Source: Candidatus Heimdallarchaeota archaeon
Lineage (GTDB): Archaea > Asgardarchaeota > Heimdallarchaeia > Heimdallarchaeales > Heimdallarchaeaceae
Length of the DNA stretch: 61,968 bases
Assembly: GCA_023136245.1 (NCBI GenBank)
Contig: JAGLRO010000003.1
Span: 1 to 61,968, forward strand
Direction: 5' to 3'
Made by a program: the position numbers and the translations under genes. The notes below the pieces were generated by a model. It was not told the DNA's origin, did no database searches, and saw only the letters and a program-made list of their open reading frames with translations. Shown here in pieces: positions 7,295 through 16,865 of this stretch (its first letter is position 1; each line of letters opens with the position of its first letter).

Positions 7295-9001
7295 TTATTG
7301 TTCTTTAGCATTTTCTCTAGTTTTGTCTAGATTCTTTTTTACATCTTCTGACTTGATTTTTGTAAACACTGGTTTGATTTTTGAAACTCGTTGTCCTGAG
7401 TGTGATAAATTTACGTTTATTTCATCAATTCCTTTGTCTAGAGGACTTTTCTGAAAACCAAGAGCAGTCCAGATTTTTTCGGAAGTTGATGGAATAATAG
7501 GCCATAATAATATCGATAGAATTTCAGATATTTTTGCTGATATATTAAGAACTGTAGCAGTTCCATTCTTATCTTTCTTGATTAGATGCCATGGTTCAGC
7601 TGTTGAAAAATACTGATTTCCAAGTCTTGCTAAGTTTATTGAGATAGATGCTGCATCTTTCAACTTGAAATTATCCATAGCTTCATTATATGACTGAATG
7701 CTCTTCTCAATTTGACCTAATATTTCTTTGTCTTCTTTGCTGAGTTCCCCTCTTTCAGGTATTTCTCCATTAAAGTGCTGAGAAATGAATGTAATAGTTC
7801 GGTGAATAAAATTACCTGTAACATCATTAAGATCAACATTAATTGTGATGCCAAATTCTTTCCAATCAAAATAGAAGTCTTTTTGCTCAGGTCTAGTAGC
7901 AATTAAAAAGTATCTCCAGTAATCTGCAGGAAGTGCTTCTACTGCCTCATCACCCCAGATTCCGATACCTAATGATTTCGAGAATGGTCCTTCTTTAAAC
8001 ATAAGGAAATTAGTTGTAGCTACAGCATGTGGTAAAGGATATGAATCTTTTGTTGCTATTAACATTGCTGGGAAAAGAAGAGCGTGAAAAATAATATTGT
8101 CTTTCCCTATACAGAAAACGGTTTTAGTATTTTTATCTAACCAAAATTCTTCAAACCGCTCGGGTTTCTTTTGTTCTTCTGCTAATAACTTAACCGTGCT
8201 GATATATCCTAAAACATTTTCAAACCACACATATAGAACTTTATCAGCATATTCATCACCAAAAATTGGGGCTATAGAAATTCCCCAACTCATATCTCTT
8301 GAGATTGGTCGTTCAATCAATCCTTCATTTATCATGCTTAGAACCTTTTGTTTAGCAAAAGAAGGAATGTGTGGATTTTCTTCTGTAAATTTTCGAAGTT
8401 CTTTTGATAATTTAGGTAAATCAAAATACCAATGTTCTGTTTTTCTTAGTACTGGTGTTTTTTGACATGTAGAACAATACGGATCAATCAAATCTATTGG
8501 TTTTAGAACTGCACCACATTCATGATTTGTACACAAGTCTCCTCTTGCTCCTTTTGATCCACATACAGGACATGTTCCTTCTACAAAACGATCAGGGAGG
8601 AAGCGTTTATCATGTTTACAATAATACTGTTCAGATTCTTTCAGATTATAATAACCATTTTTGTATATCTTCTTATGAAAACCTTGTACAAAAGAAATAT
8701 GTGTTTCATTGATAGTTATGCTATATCTGTCAAATTCAATGTTCCATTTCTCTAATAACCTCAAAATACTTTCATGGTATTTAAGCGCTAGTTCTTTTGG
8801 TTTGATACCTTCTGCTTCAGCTGCAACCACGATGGGAGTTCCATGTGCATCTGAACCACTAACATAAACAACATCATGCTTTCTTAATTTGTGATATCGA
8901 GTAATCACATCCCCACTCAATAATTGTAACATTGTACCTAAGTGAGGAATTGTGTTTACATAAGGCCATGCAGCAGTTACTACCCATTTCTCTTCAGTCA
9001 T
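7295..9001 (-). CDS. metG: methionine--tRNA ligase, catalytic chain
   Basis: HIGH-type motif (PYVNTIPHLGT), zinc knuckles (CPVCGS...C...C, CSTC) and a KMSKS-type motif (PFSKSLG). At 568 aa it ends before the tRNA-binding domain. Confidence 0.9.
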   Translation of the reverse strand: MTEEKWVVTAAWPYVNTIPHLGTMLQLLSGDVITRYHKLRKHDVVYVSGSDAHGTPIVVAAEAEGIKPKELALKYHESILRLLEKWNIEFDRYSITINETHISFVQGFHKKIYKNGYYNLKESEQYYCKHDKRFLPDRFVEGTCPVCGSKGARGDLCTNHECGAVLKPIDLIDPYCSTCQKTPVLRKTEHWYFDLPKLSKELRKFTEENPHIPSFAKQKVLSMINEGLIERPISRDMSWGISIAPIFGDEYADKVLYVWFENVLGYISTVKLLAEEQKKPERFEEFWLDKNTKTVFCIGKDNIIFHALLFPAMLIATKDSYPLPHAVATTNFLMFKEGPFSKSLGIGIWGDEAVEALPADYWRYFLIATRPEQKDFYFDWKEFGITINVDLNDVTGNFIHRTITFISQHFNGEIPERGELSKEDKEILGQIEKSIQSYNEAMDNFKLKDAASISINLARLGNQYFSTAEPWHLIKKDKNGTATVLNISAKISEILSILLWPIIPSTSEKIWTALGFQKSPLDKGIDEINVNLSHSGQRVSKIKPVFTKIKSEDVKKNLDKTRENAKEQ

Positions 9002-9278
9002 GATTGTTCACTCCTTTTTTGTAGCTGTTTAAATCTATATTCTTACATCCATATAGCAAAAAAAAATAAGCCTTATGTGTTTTTTGGGGAGAAAGATTTA
9101 TGGTAAATGATTTTTGATACTCGTCACTAATAGATCTTCTAAAAAAGATTTCAAGATCCTTCTCGGTGAAGCATTTCATTATCCCTCGACTTAACCACTT
9201 AACCACCTAAATAACACAAAACCTTAATGTTTAAAAATCTACTGGAAAAAATAAGCTAGTAGTGAAAACGACTTAATT

Positions 9279-10424
9279 TTATCTATTTGCTAAATCGTAG
9301 TAAATCTGTTCAATTTGGTCAGTTACGCTTTGGAAAGAAAATTCTGACCTTATTTTCTTCCTTGCTTTTAGAGCAATGGAAACTTTATACTCATAATCTT
9401 TCATAACAGTAAGTATAGCTTTTTCCAATGATTCGCTTTTTCCAACATCAAATAGAGTCCCTGTCTTTCCTTTGTTTAGAAGTCTTGAAATATCACCAAT
9501 ATTTGAAGCAATGACTGGAACACCCATCGCCATAGCTTCTATTATAGTTGTAGGAGATCCTTCCCAATAACTAGGAAGAACTAAGATATTAGATTTTGCT
9601 AAGACTTCTGGAATTTTTAAGTGGTCAATAGAACCATAAAGTTTAACTCTTTTCTCATTCCTGAATTTTCTTTCTAACATTGGAAGAAGTGAACCATTGC
9701 CAATAAACCAAAATGTGATATTTTTTTTCGTTTTCAATAATTTTTGAATCACTTGAGAATAATATACTATTCCTTTCCAAGGTTCAAGGTCTCCAACATA
9801 AGTAACAATGAATTGTTCATTAAAACTTGGACTAATTTCTGGAAATAATTTAATATCAATTGCATTATTTACAATCATTAAACGTTCAGTTCCAGATCGC
9901 ATTATAGGTTTTAATAATTCTATATCAAATTTACTCACAGATGCTACCATATCAGCTTGAGAAAGAACAAATCTTCCTAAAGTTAAGTCATAGAAAAGTT
10001 TTGCAAACTCTTTCAAGAAACCTGTTTTATAAGGAGGTCGTCCTACTCCACCGTGAATATGAAGAAGAAAAGGAATGCTTCTGAATAACTTAGTTATCGC
10101 TGCTTGAATTGTTGTAAAATAAATATAAGAATGAACATGAAAAACATCCACATCATGAACTTTCATCAATTTATGTAACATTATACATGCTGGGTTTATC
10201 CCAAAAACATCCCATGGGCTAAAAAAGCGATGAACTGTCATGTTTTTGTAATAGCTTTGATAAGGAATTTTCGTTGATTTTTTTGTAGTGAAAACATCTA
10301 TATAATGACCACGATTAGCTAATTCTCTTGATAAATAGCTAACATATCTTTCTGTTCCACCGTAGCTTTTGGATTCAAAGAAAGGAGTTACTTGTACAAT
10401 TTTCAGTGGTTCCATTTTAAACAC
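9279..10424 (-). CDS. glycosyltransferase family 4 (GT-B)
   Basis: The N-terminal GG(T/V)ERYV motif and the C-terminal EGSPTTIIEAMAMGVPVIASNIG (EX7E region) are typical of GT4. Confidence 0.8.
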   Translation of the reverse strand: MFKMEPLKIVQVTPFFESKSYGGTERYVSYLSRELANRGHYIDVFTTKKSTKIPYQSYYKNMTVHRFFSPWDVFGINPACIMLHKLMKVHDVDVFHVHSYIYFTTIQAAITKLFRSIPFLLHIHGGVGRPPYKTGFLKEFAKLFYDLTLGRFVLSQADMVASVSKFDIELLKPIMRSGTERLMIVNNAIDIKLFPEISPSFNEQFIVTYVGDLEPWKGIVYYSQVIQKLLKTKKNITFWFIGNGSLLPMLERKFRNEKRVKLYGSIDHLKIPEVLAKSNILVLPSYWEGSPTTIIEAMAMGVPVIASNIGDISRLLNKGKTGTLFDVGKSESLEKAILTVMKDYEYKVSIALKARKKIRSEFSFQSVTDQIEQIYYDLANR

Positions 10425-12080
10425 CTAGAAATGGTAAAGCAGAAAGTTCTTGCTGTTACTCATTACAACATGAAATGTGGGTCTGGTTCCAATAAGCAAT
10501 CCAAGATAATAAGTAATTTCCGATTGTGAAAGATAAATTGGAGTGCCTAACCATTGATCCATAACATTCCCAATAACTATGTAGTACAAAGATGTCCACC
10601 TAAGTCTATTAGCATTCTCTGCTAGAGATGAGTTTGAATCTATTAACAAAGGCAGCCCATAGATATTAATTCCATCAATGAATTTAGAAATAGAGAATGG
10701 GATACTTATCCTACTACTATATAGGGTCAAATTAACATAACCTTCTATATTATTAGCAAATGTCAAATTTTGGTAATCGTTTGTCAGATTATAACCAGGA
10801 AGATACTGTTCTCCCATATAAGCAAAACTAAGATAAGAATTAAAGAGAAGTGTGGCAATAATCAGTGTTTTCCACTTTTTACTTAACCATCCAAATAATC
10901 CTGATATTGCTAAGTATCCCAAAAGACTCACAAAAATGATTGTGAATACAAATGTTCTTGGTGCAACCCAAGAAAGTTCGTGCTCAGCGGAACTAAACGC
11001 TAGAGAAAAAACTACTGTAAAGCCATAAAAACTGAAACCTAGAGCGAATAACGCATATTTCACACTATCTGGGAATAATAAAGCAACACCACTCAAAATA
11101 AAAATAATAACTAGTTCTACTGATATATACCAAGACTGTAAATTTGCTGTATAAATAAATAATCCAATTACTTCAGCTATTAGAATTATACCTACTAAAG
11201 ATAGGATAGATAGTTTAGCTACTTTGTGAGTAGAAAAAAAAGCTGATATTCTTTTACCATACCTTCTTCGGATTAGATATCCAATCATTGTTATTATAAG
11301 CCACAATACTAGAAGAGAGAAGGTGTTTTTGATGAAAACGTTGTACAATGTTGCATAAACTTCATTCCTACTGAAATATAAGTTTACTATGTTAAACTCT
11401 CGCGAGTTAAGTATTGTTCTAACAATTAATACAGCAGGAACCGTATAAACTAAAGATAATATTGCTTTGTAGTTTATTGCAAAAAATATACTTGTAAAGA
11501 AAATCACAGGTAATAGAAATATAGCAGATAAATGGTGAACTTTCATTGTTGCAATGGCAAGAAAACCTGCTAATATTTGCGCTCTAAATCTCTCTGGTTT
11601 GCACAAATATAGGTACAAACATAAGCTGAACAAACCGATTCCAAGAGAATTTGGTCTTCCAATAAACATTTGTATCCCAATGATTGCTGGATACAATAAA
11701 ACAACTGCTAGATATTGTAGGTTAAAATCATTAGTAATATATCCTCTTCTTTTCTTTTCCACATGCCGTATAAAAGCAATAACTGAAAGATCAAATAATA
11801 ATATTGGAATTACAATACTCACAAATTCATAAATTATTTCAGTCTTTAAACCAGTTAATAATGTGATTGCAGAGGAGAGTACATGTAACCCCACAAAGTC
11901 ATAATACGATGCAGCAATATCTATTTCTACAATTTCACCATTTTCTATTATTGAATCAACATATTGTAGATGAATATAGGAATCAAATCCAAACATACCA
12001 ACATTGAAATAAAGAATCAAAAAAATCAATGCTATTTTACCTAATATTACAGCTGGTATGAATAAGGATTTTCTCAACAC
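10425..12080 (-). CDS. large polytopic membrane protein, possibly a GT-C-fold glycosyltransferase or polymerase
   Basis: More than 12 predicted TM helices. The first external loop, GFDSYIHLQYVDSIIENGEI, resembles the acidic D-x-x-Y-x-H first-loop motif of STT3/ArnT-type enzymes. There is no WWDYG motif. Its start abuts the stop of the GT4 gene. Confidence 0.4.
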   Translation of the reverse strand: MLRKSLFIPAVILGKIALIFLILYFNVGMFGFDSYIHLQYVDSIIENGEIVEIDIAASYYDFVGLHVLSSAITLLTGLKTEIIYEFVSIVIPILLFDLSVIAFIRHVEKKRRGYITNDFNLQYLAVVLLYPAIIGIQMFIGRPNSLGIGLFSLCLYLYLCKPERFRAQILAGFLAIATMKVHHLSAIFLLPVIFFTSIFFAINYKAILSLVYTVPAVLIVRTILNSREFNIVNLYFSRNEVYATLYNVFIKNTFSLLVLWLIITMIGYLIRRRYGKRISAFFSTHKVAKLSILSLVGIILIAEVIGLFIYTANLQSWYISVELVIIFILSGVALLFPDSVKYALFALGFSFYGFTVVFSLAFSSAEHELSWVAPRTFVFTIIFVSLLGYLAISGLFGWLSKKWKTLIIATLLFNSYLSFAYMGEQYLPGYNLTNDYQNLTFANNIEGYVNLTLYSSRISIPFSISKFIDGINIYGLPLLIDSNSSLAENANRLRWTSLYYIVIGNVMDQWLGTPIYLSQSEITYYLGLLIGTRPTFHVVMSNSKNFLLYHF

Positions 12081-12088
12081 ATCTACCC

Positions 12089-12763
12089 CTAACTATATTC
12101 TTCTAAATAAGTTTTTATTGCTTCGCTTGGATTCAGAATAGGTTTGCCATGACCTGGTAATATCACGCTTGGTTTTGATAATTGAAACATCTGTTTAGAT
12201 GCTTTCAATGCCTGTTCATAGTCCAGAGCAAATGTTTTACTCGGTGGTAGTATTTTACTACCTTTTTGATTTGTGTTTATTATATCACCACAAAAAAGAG
12301 CACGTGTTTGAATATCTTCAAAGGCAATTGTACCAGGAGTGTGTCCCGGAAGATGATAAACTTTCAATTCAAAAGCAACTTCACGATCAGTTACAATTTG
12401 ATCCACAGTATAACCAGAAGATGGGGAAAGAAATTGAAACATTCTTAACATGATTCCAACTAATCCTTCTATTGCTGGTAATTTTCGAATATTCATTATG
12501 TAATCTCTTTCTTCTTTATGAGATACTACTTCAGCTCCGTAAAGTTGTCCTAGTGTTTCTAATCCTGCAATATGATCTTGATGAGCATGGGTTATCATAA
12601 TGCCTTTCAATGGTTTATCGGGGCAGTAGGTTTTGATGGTCTTAATTATTTTTTTAGCACTTTTTGACATACCTGTATCGATTAGTACACAGTATGCCTC
12701 TCGTTCAATTAAATAAGTATTAACAGAACTAGGTATGAGGTAAATATTCTCAAGAACCTTCAT
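12089..12763 (-). CDS. MBL-fold metallo-hydrolase
   Basis: THAHQDH (HxHxDH) motif, a later HLPGHTPG and a C-terminal LPGHG. Confidence 0.8.
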   Translation of the reverse strand: MKVLENIYLIPSSVNTYLIEREAYCVLIDTGMSKSAKKIIKTIKTYCPDKPLKGIMITHAHQDHIAGLETLGQLYGAEVVSHKEERDYIMNIRKLPAIEGLVGIMLRMFQFLSPSSGYTVDQIVTDREVAFELKVYHLPGHTPGTIAFEDIQTRALFCGDIINTNQKGSKILPPSKTFALDYEQALKASKQMFQLSKPSVILPGHGKPILNPSEAIKTYLEEYS

Positions 12764-12794
12764 TATACATTATTAGTTTAGTTAATGTTTTAAA

Positions 12795-13958
12795 TTATTC
12801 TATGCTTCTTTCCGACATTTTTCGGAATTTATTATGATGGCAGAATGGGCAACTATTTTTTTTCAGTTGTTCTATAGTAACAAAAGTTTTCCCCTTTCCT
12901 ACTTCAATTTCCTTGGAACAGTGAATGCATAGATAATTGCGAATTTTTTTTACTATATCACCTGTATAAATATAATTTTCATACAGACCCTCAATAGTTG
13001 GATGAAAGGGAGGAATCGCTTCTAGACGATAGAGAGTTGATACTCCACCAAGTTTTTGTGCACCAACATATTTGTTAAATCTTCTATTAATATCAGTTAT
13101 CAAGCATCCCATTTTGAGTAAATCAGACTCAATTCCTTTCATTTCCTTTGGTGGTTTATTTGTAAAAGAAAGATAAATAACACCATTACTCTGTTTAGAA
13201 AGCAATTCGATTCCACGACTAATAAATAAATTACAACCATTTCTTGTATAAGGTGGATCAGTTAGTATGCACTCAAAGTTATCATGATATTCAATTGGTA
13301 TTGGATTCCTTAAATCATGCTCAACAAATTGGATTTTTAAATTACATTCTTCGTTAACTAAATTGATTATTTCCCCAATTCGTGTATCAATATCAAATAC
13401 AACAATTCTTGATGATTCATGTGCAAATAATGCAAGCGCGATGCTAGTTAGATCACTATCTCCGATAAAAGCATAATTTTTTCTAAATAAATCGAATTTG
13501 TGGCTAAGGAAAAGCACACGGGCAAGATTTGTTTCAGTTGTTGCATATGATTGATCGATTTGAGTGTTGGGTACTCCTCTCATTTCACAATACTTAGTAA
13601 TTATTGCTAATGAATCTTCAAATCTTTTGAAAGGAAAAACAACACCCATACCAAAACAATTTTCACATTGAAAATCTTCATTTAAACCTCCCAACGTATC
13701 AAGTGCTTCATTTCCTTCTGAAGTTAATTTTGCACCTTTTGATGTCTTATGAACCCAATTCACTTTTTCGAATTCATTTCGAATCGCTACACAAATAGGA
13801 ACTGGTATTTCACTCTCTTGTGAAATCTTTTTAATTGATTTATCCTGAAAACGCGATACTGTCGCTAACACACGAAGAAGACCACTAACTCCTTCCTTTA
13901 GCTCCACCCTATTTTGTATGTCATCTAATGTTTTCGTGAATGTTTGATTATTCATCAA
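12795..13958 (-). CDS. DUF43/BpsA-like aminopropyltransferase-family protein with an N-terminal wHTH and a C-terminal zinc ribbon
   Basis: FIGDSDLTSIALAL, VVFDIDTRI and TDPPYT match what I recall of branched-chain polyamine synthase BpsA (DUF43). The C-terminus carries CIHCS...CPFCHH. Confidence 0.6.
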   Translation of the reverse strand: MMNNQTFTKTLDDIQNRVELKEGVSGLLRVLATVSRFQDKSIKKISQESEIPVPICVAIRNEFEKVNWVHKTSKGAKLTSEGNEALDTLGGLNEDFQCENCFGMGVVFPFKRFEDSLAIITKYCEMRGVPNTQIDQSYATTETNLARVLFLSHKFDLFRKNYAFIGDSDLTSIALALFAHESSRIVVFDIDTRIGEIINLVNEECNLKIQFVEHDLRNPIPIEYHDNFECILTDPPYTRNGCNLFISRGIELLSKQSNGVIYLSFTNKPPKEMKGIESDLLKMGCLITDINRRFNKYVGAQKLGGVSTLYRLEAIPPFHPTIEGLYENYIYTGDIVKKIRNYLCIHCSKEIEVGKGKTFVTIEQLKKNSCPFCHHNKFRKMSERSIE

Positions 13959-14050
13959 TTCCTTAGGAAATTATTCAAATTAATACTTTTTCAATATGAA
14001 GACAAAACTTTTCAATTTCGGTAAAAAGAGTTATTTAAGAGTGTTATAAA

Positions 14051-15331
14051 ATGGAAAAATTCGATTTCTTACAGTTTTACTCTTATCTTAGTTACAAAAG
14101 CAATAAACTTCATGTTAATGGTTTTTCAATCGATGAGCTCTCATGCAAAGAAGAAACTCCATTCTTTCTCTTTCTACTTAATCGCTTTCAACAGAACTAT
14201 GAAAAAATGAATGCAGAAATTAGCAAACATATTCCAAATATTCTCATTTCGTATGCTGTGAAAGCTAATTATCTAGGGAGAATATTAGATGCTGCTAATC
14301 ATGTTGGGATGGGATTGGAAGTAATGTCCCTCTTTGAATTAAAACTAGCAGAAAAAGCAAAATTCCAAGCAAATAAAATAATATTTAATGGACCAGCTAA
14401 ATCAGAAAAAGAATTGGAATATGCTATTGCATTTGGAATCACAAAAATCAATGTAGATTCTTTGAGTGAATTGATTAACATAGAAAAAATTGCAAAGGAT
14501 AAAGGAATCATTCAACCTATAACTATAAGGATACACCCAAAATTAACTGAAGATACAGAAAAGAAATTATTGATCAGAAAAAACAGTAAACTTGGAATTG
14601 ATTACTCTAGAGGAGTTAAGCTTTTTGAATATTCTAAAAAAAGTCCTAATCTCAATCCAATTGGAATTCATGTTCATGTTGGTACAAATCTAACTACTCA
14701 TGACTTTTTTGAAGAATTGTTAGTTTTTCTGAGTAATTATATTACTGAACTAGAAGATAAACTTCAAGTAAACATCAAAGAAATAAATCTTGGGGGAGGA
14801 TTGGCAAGTAATTCTACACTAGAAGCGAATGGATTTAGTTTTGATAGATTTGGTGAACAAATATCAAATCATATTAAAGAAATTGAGAACAAACTAATTA
14901 TTTTCGAACCGGGAAGATATTTGATAGAAGATAGTTTTATAGCACTAACGAAAGTTATACGTACAAAGAAATCTTGGGGGAGAAAATGGGCTTTTACTGA
15001 TATTGGTGCAAATTCGTTGATACCAATGCGGTATACTCATTATAAAATCTTACCAGCAAATAACAAGGGTAAAGATCAATATACGAATATTGGAGGACCA
15101 CTGTGCCTTCCTGTAGATGTGTTAACGAATGAAGCAGTTGACTTTATTATAGAAGAGAAGGACTTTCTAGCTGTTCTAAACTGTGGAGCTTACACTATCT
15201 CCATGAGTGAACAATTTGGTTATCCACGTCCAGCGATTTATGAATTGACAGAAAATGGGACATTAAAATTACTCAAAGCAGAAGATAAATTGGATCAAAT
15301 GATTGAAGCAGAATTTAATTATAGGAAATAA
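14051..15331 (+). CDS. PLP-dependent decarboxylase of the Orn/DAP/Arg (group IV) family
   Basis: YAVKAN PLP-lysine motif, GGGL, EPGRYL and CGAYTISMSEQF motifs. The substrate (DAP, ornithine, arginine or carboxyspermidine) cannot be read from the sequence alone. Confidence 0.75.
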   Translation: MEKFDFLQFYSYLSYKSNKLHVNGFSIDELSCKEETPFFLFLLNRFQQNYEKMNAEISKHIPNILISYAVKANYLGRILDAANHVGMGLEVMSLFELKLAEKAKFQANKIIFNGPAKSEKELEYAIAFGITKINVDSLSELINIEKIAKDKGIIQPITIRIHPKLTEDTEKKLLIRKNSKLGIDYSRGVKLFEYSKKSPNLNPIGIHVHVGTNLTTHDFFEELLVFLSNYITELEDKLQVNIKEINLGGGLASNSTLEANGFSFDRFGEQISNHIKEIENKLIIFEPGRYLIEDSFIALTKVIRTKKSWGRKWAFTDIGANSLIPMRYTHYKILPANNKGKDQYTNIGGPLCLPVDVLTNEAVDFIIEEKDFLAVLNCGAYTISMSEQFGYPRPAIYELTENGTLKLLKAEDKLDQMIEAEFNYRK

Positions 15332-15345
15332 AGAAGGCTGTTATC

Positions 15346-15864
15346 ATGGATAAAAAGGTGAGTGGAACTGAAATCTGTTCTATTCATTGTGGAAGTAAGT
15401 GTTGTAAAAGCACTCGTCCTGCATTAACATCAAGAGATATTGAAAGAATAAATAATTTTACTGATTTGAAGAATTGGTTCATCAAAATTGGAATAAATTC
15501 TGATAAGGCTTATGTAATTTCAAAAAAGGAAAACTCCAATGATTGTATCTTCCTTTCTGAAAAGAATTTATGTGTGATATACGAAAATCGACCTTTTGAT
15601 TGTCGTCTTTTTCCTTTGTTTATACAAATCAAAGAAGAAAACGAAACCACTTTTGTAGCAAAATGGTTAGTTTGGTACTGTCCATTAACTGATGCAAAAG
15701 GTATAGAAAAACTAAGAATAGAAAGTAAATCTCATGTGGAAAACATCCTTTCGAAGAGCATGGAAGAAATCTTTGAATACCAAAAAGCTATGGTTCTTTC
15801 CAATGGATATAAGAAAAAGCATTTTCTTATGGAAGAACGTTTAAAGATGATAAAAGAGGATTAA
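15346..15864 (+). CDS. YkgJ/UPF0153 cysteine-cluster (CxxCxxCC) protein
   Basis: CSIHCGSKCCKS near the N-terminus and a second Cys group (CVIYENRPFDCRLFP). Confidence 0.65.
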   Translation: MDKKVSGTEICSIHCGSKCCKSTRPALTSRDIERINNFTDLKNWFIKIGINSDKAYVISKKENSNDCIFLSEKNLCVIYENRPFDCRLFPLFIQIKEENETTFVAKWLVWYCPLTDAKGIEKLRIESKSHVENILSKSMEEIFEYQKAMVLSNGYKKKHFLMEERLKMIKED

Positions 15865-15866
15865 TC

Positions 15867-16859
15867 ATGATGAGTTCTATTTCTCTGATTATCCCAACTT
15901 TTAACAGTGCTTCAACTTTGAAAGCATGTTTAGAATCTATCAAAAAACAAACATTACAACCAGATGAAATCATAATTGCAGATGGTCATTCTACTGACGA
16001 AACTATAGAAATAGCAAAGAATTTCAATTGTATTGTTGTTTTAGAAGAGGGAGGAACAAGAGCTGCTGCCTGTAATGTCGCATTGGGAATAGCTAAAGGT
16101 AACATTATTGCTTTTACTGATTCTGATGTTATTACTAAGGAAGATTGGCTCGCAAAACTAGTTGAAGGTTTTAGTAATCAGCATCCTGTGGAAATAGCGT
16201 GTGTAACTGGGCCAAATATAGAGTATCCAAATGAAAGTTTATTTGGAAAAGCTGTTAGTGGAGTATATAACACATTTTTGGGTGGAAGCTGGTCAGAACA
16301 GTTGAAGAGTATTTTCAAAAAAGAAGAGCGATATGTTCAGAGTGCAGCAGGATGCAATGTAGCTTACAAAAGAGAAATATTAGATGAAGTCCTTCCATTT
16401 AACGAAAGTCTGCTGACAGCTGAAGATACAGATATAAATTTCAAATTGATTCAAAAAGGATACTATCTCTATTTTACTCCTGAAGCTATAGTATATCATC
16501 AAAGACCGCAAACGCACAGATCTTTTAGAAAAAAATCAGAAAAATATGCAATTGGGAAAATTCAATTCTTTCGAATTCATAAAACAGGAATAGAATTGTG
16601 GCATATGCTTCCACCCCTTTATTTCATAACAGGAATTTTCATTGGTCTTGCACTATTTGCAAATGTTTGGATAGGATTAGGACTAGCAGGTTACTTTGGC
16701 TTATATCTATTTACAATACTCTTAGCATCTGTTATTCAAACGATTCGGTTCAGACAATGGAAGTTTCTAATCCTACTACCTATTATGTTCATAGAAGGTC
16801 ATATATCCTGGAGTAAAGGAATTTTCAAAGGAATTTTCTACAATAAGAAAAGTAAGTGA
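15867..16859 (+). CDS. glycosyltransferase family 2 with C-terminal membrane helices
   Basis: SLIIPTFNS, ADGHSTDET, FTDSDV (DxD) and TAEDTD motifs, then two or three TM helices. The layout resembles polyprenyl-phosphate sugar transferases. Confidence 0.8.
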   Translation: MMSSISLIIPTFNSASTLKACLESIKKQTLQPDEIIIADGHSTDETIEIAKNFNCIVVLEEGGTRAAACNVALGIAKGNIIAFTDSDVITKEDWLAKLVEGFSNQHPVEIACVTGPNIEYPNESLFGKAVSGVYNTFLGGSWSEQLKSIFKKEERYVQSAAGCNVAYKREILDEVLPFNESLLTAEDTDINFKLIQKGYYLYFTPEAIVYHQRPQTHRSFRKKSEKYAIGKIQFFRIHKTGIELWHMLPPLYFITGIFIGLALFANVWIGLGLAGYFGLYLFTILLASVIQTIRFRQWKFLILLPIMFIEGHISWSKGIFKGIFYNKKSK

Positions 16860-16865
16860 TAGATA

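Noticed and set aside
8994-9206. 70-aa ORF overlapping the metG start
   Set aside because: It overlaps metG by 8 nt, shows no motif, and has an odd composition. The interval is more plausibly the metG promoter and leader.
10425-12080. Calling the 551-aa membrane protein AglB/STT3
   Set aside because: No WWDYG motif, no recognisable DK/MI motif, and only a short C-terminal soluble domain. I kept it as a generic GT-C-like candidate.
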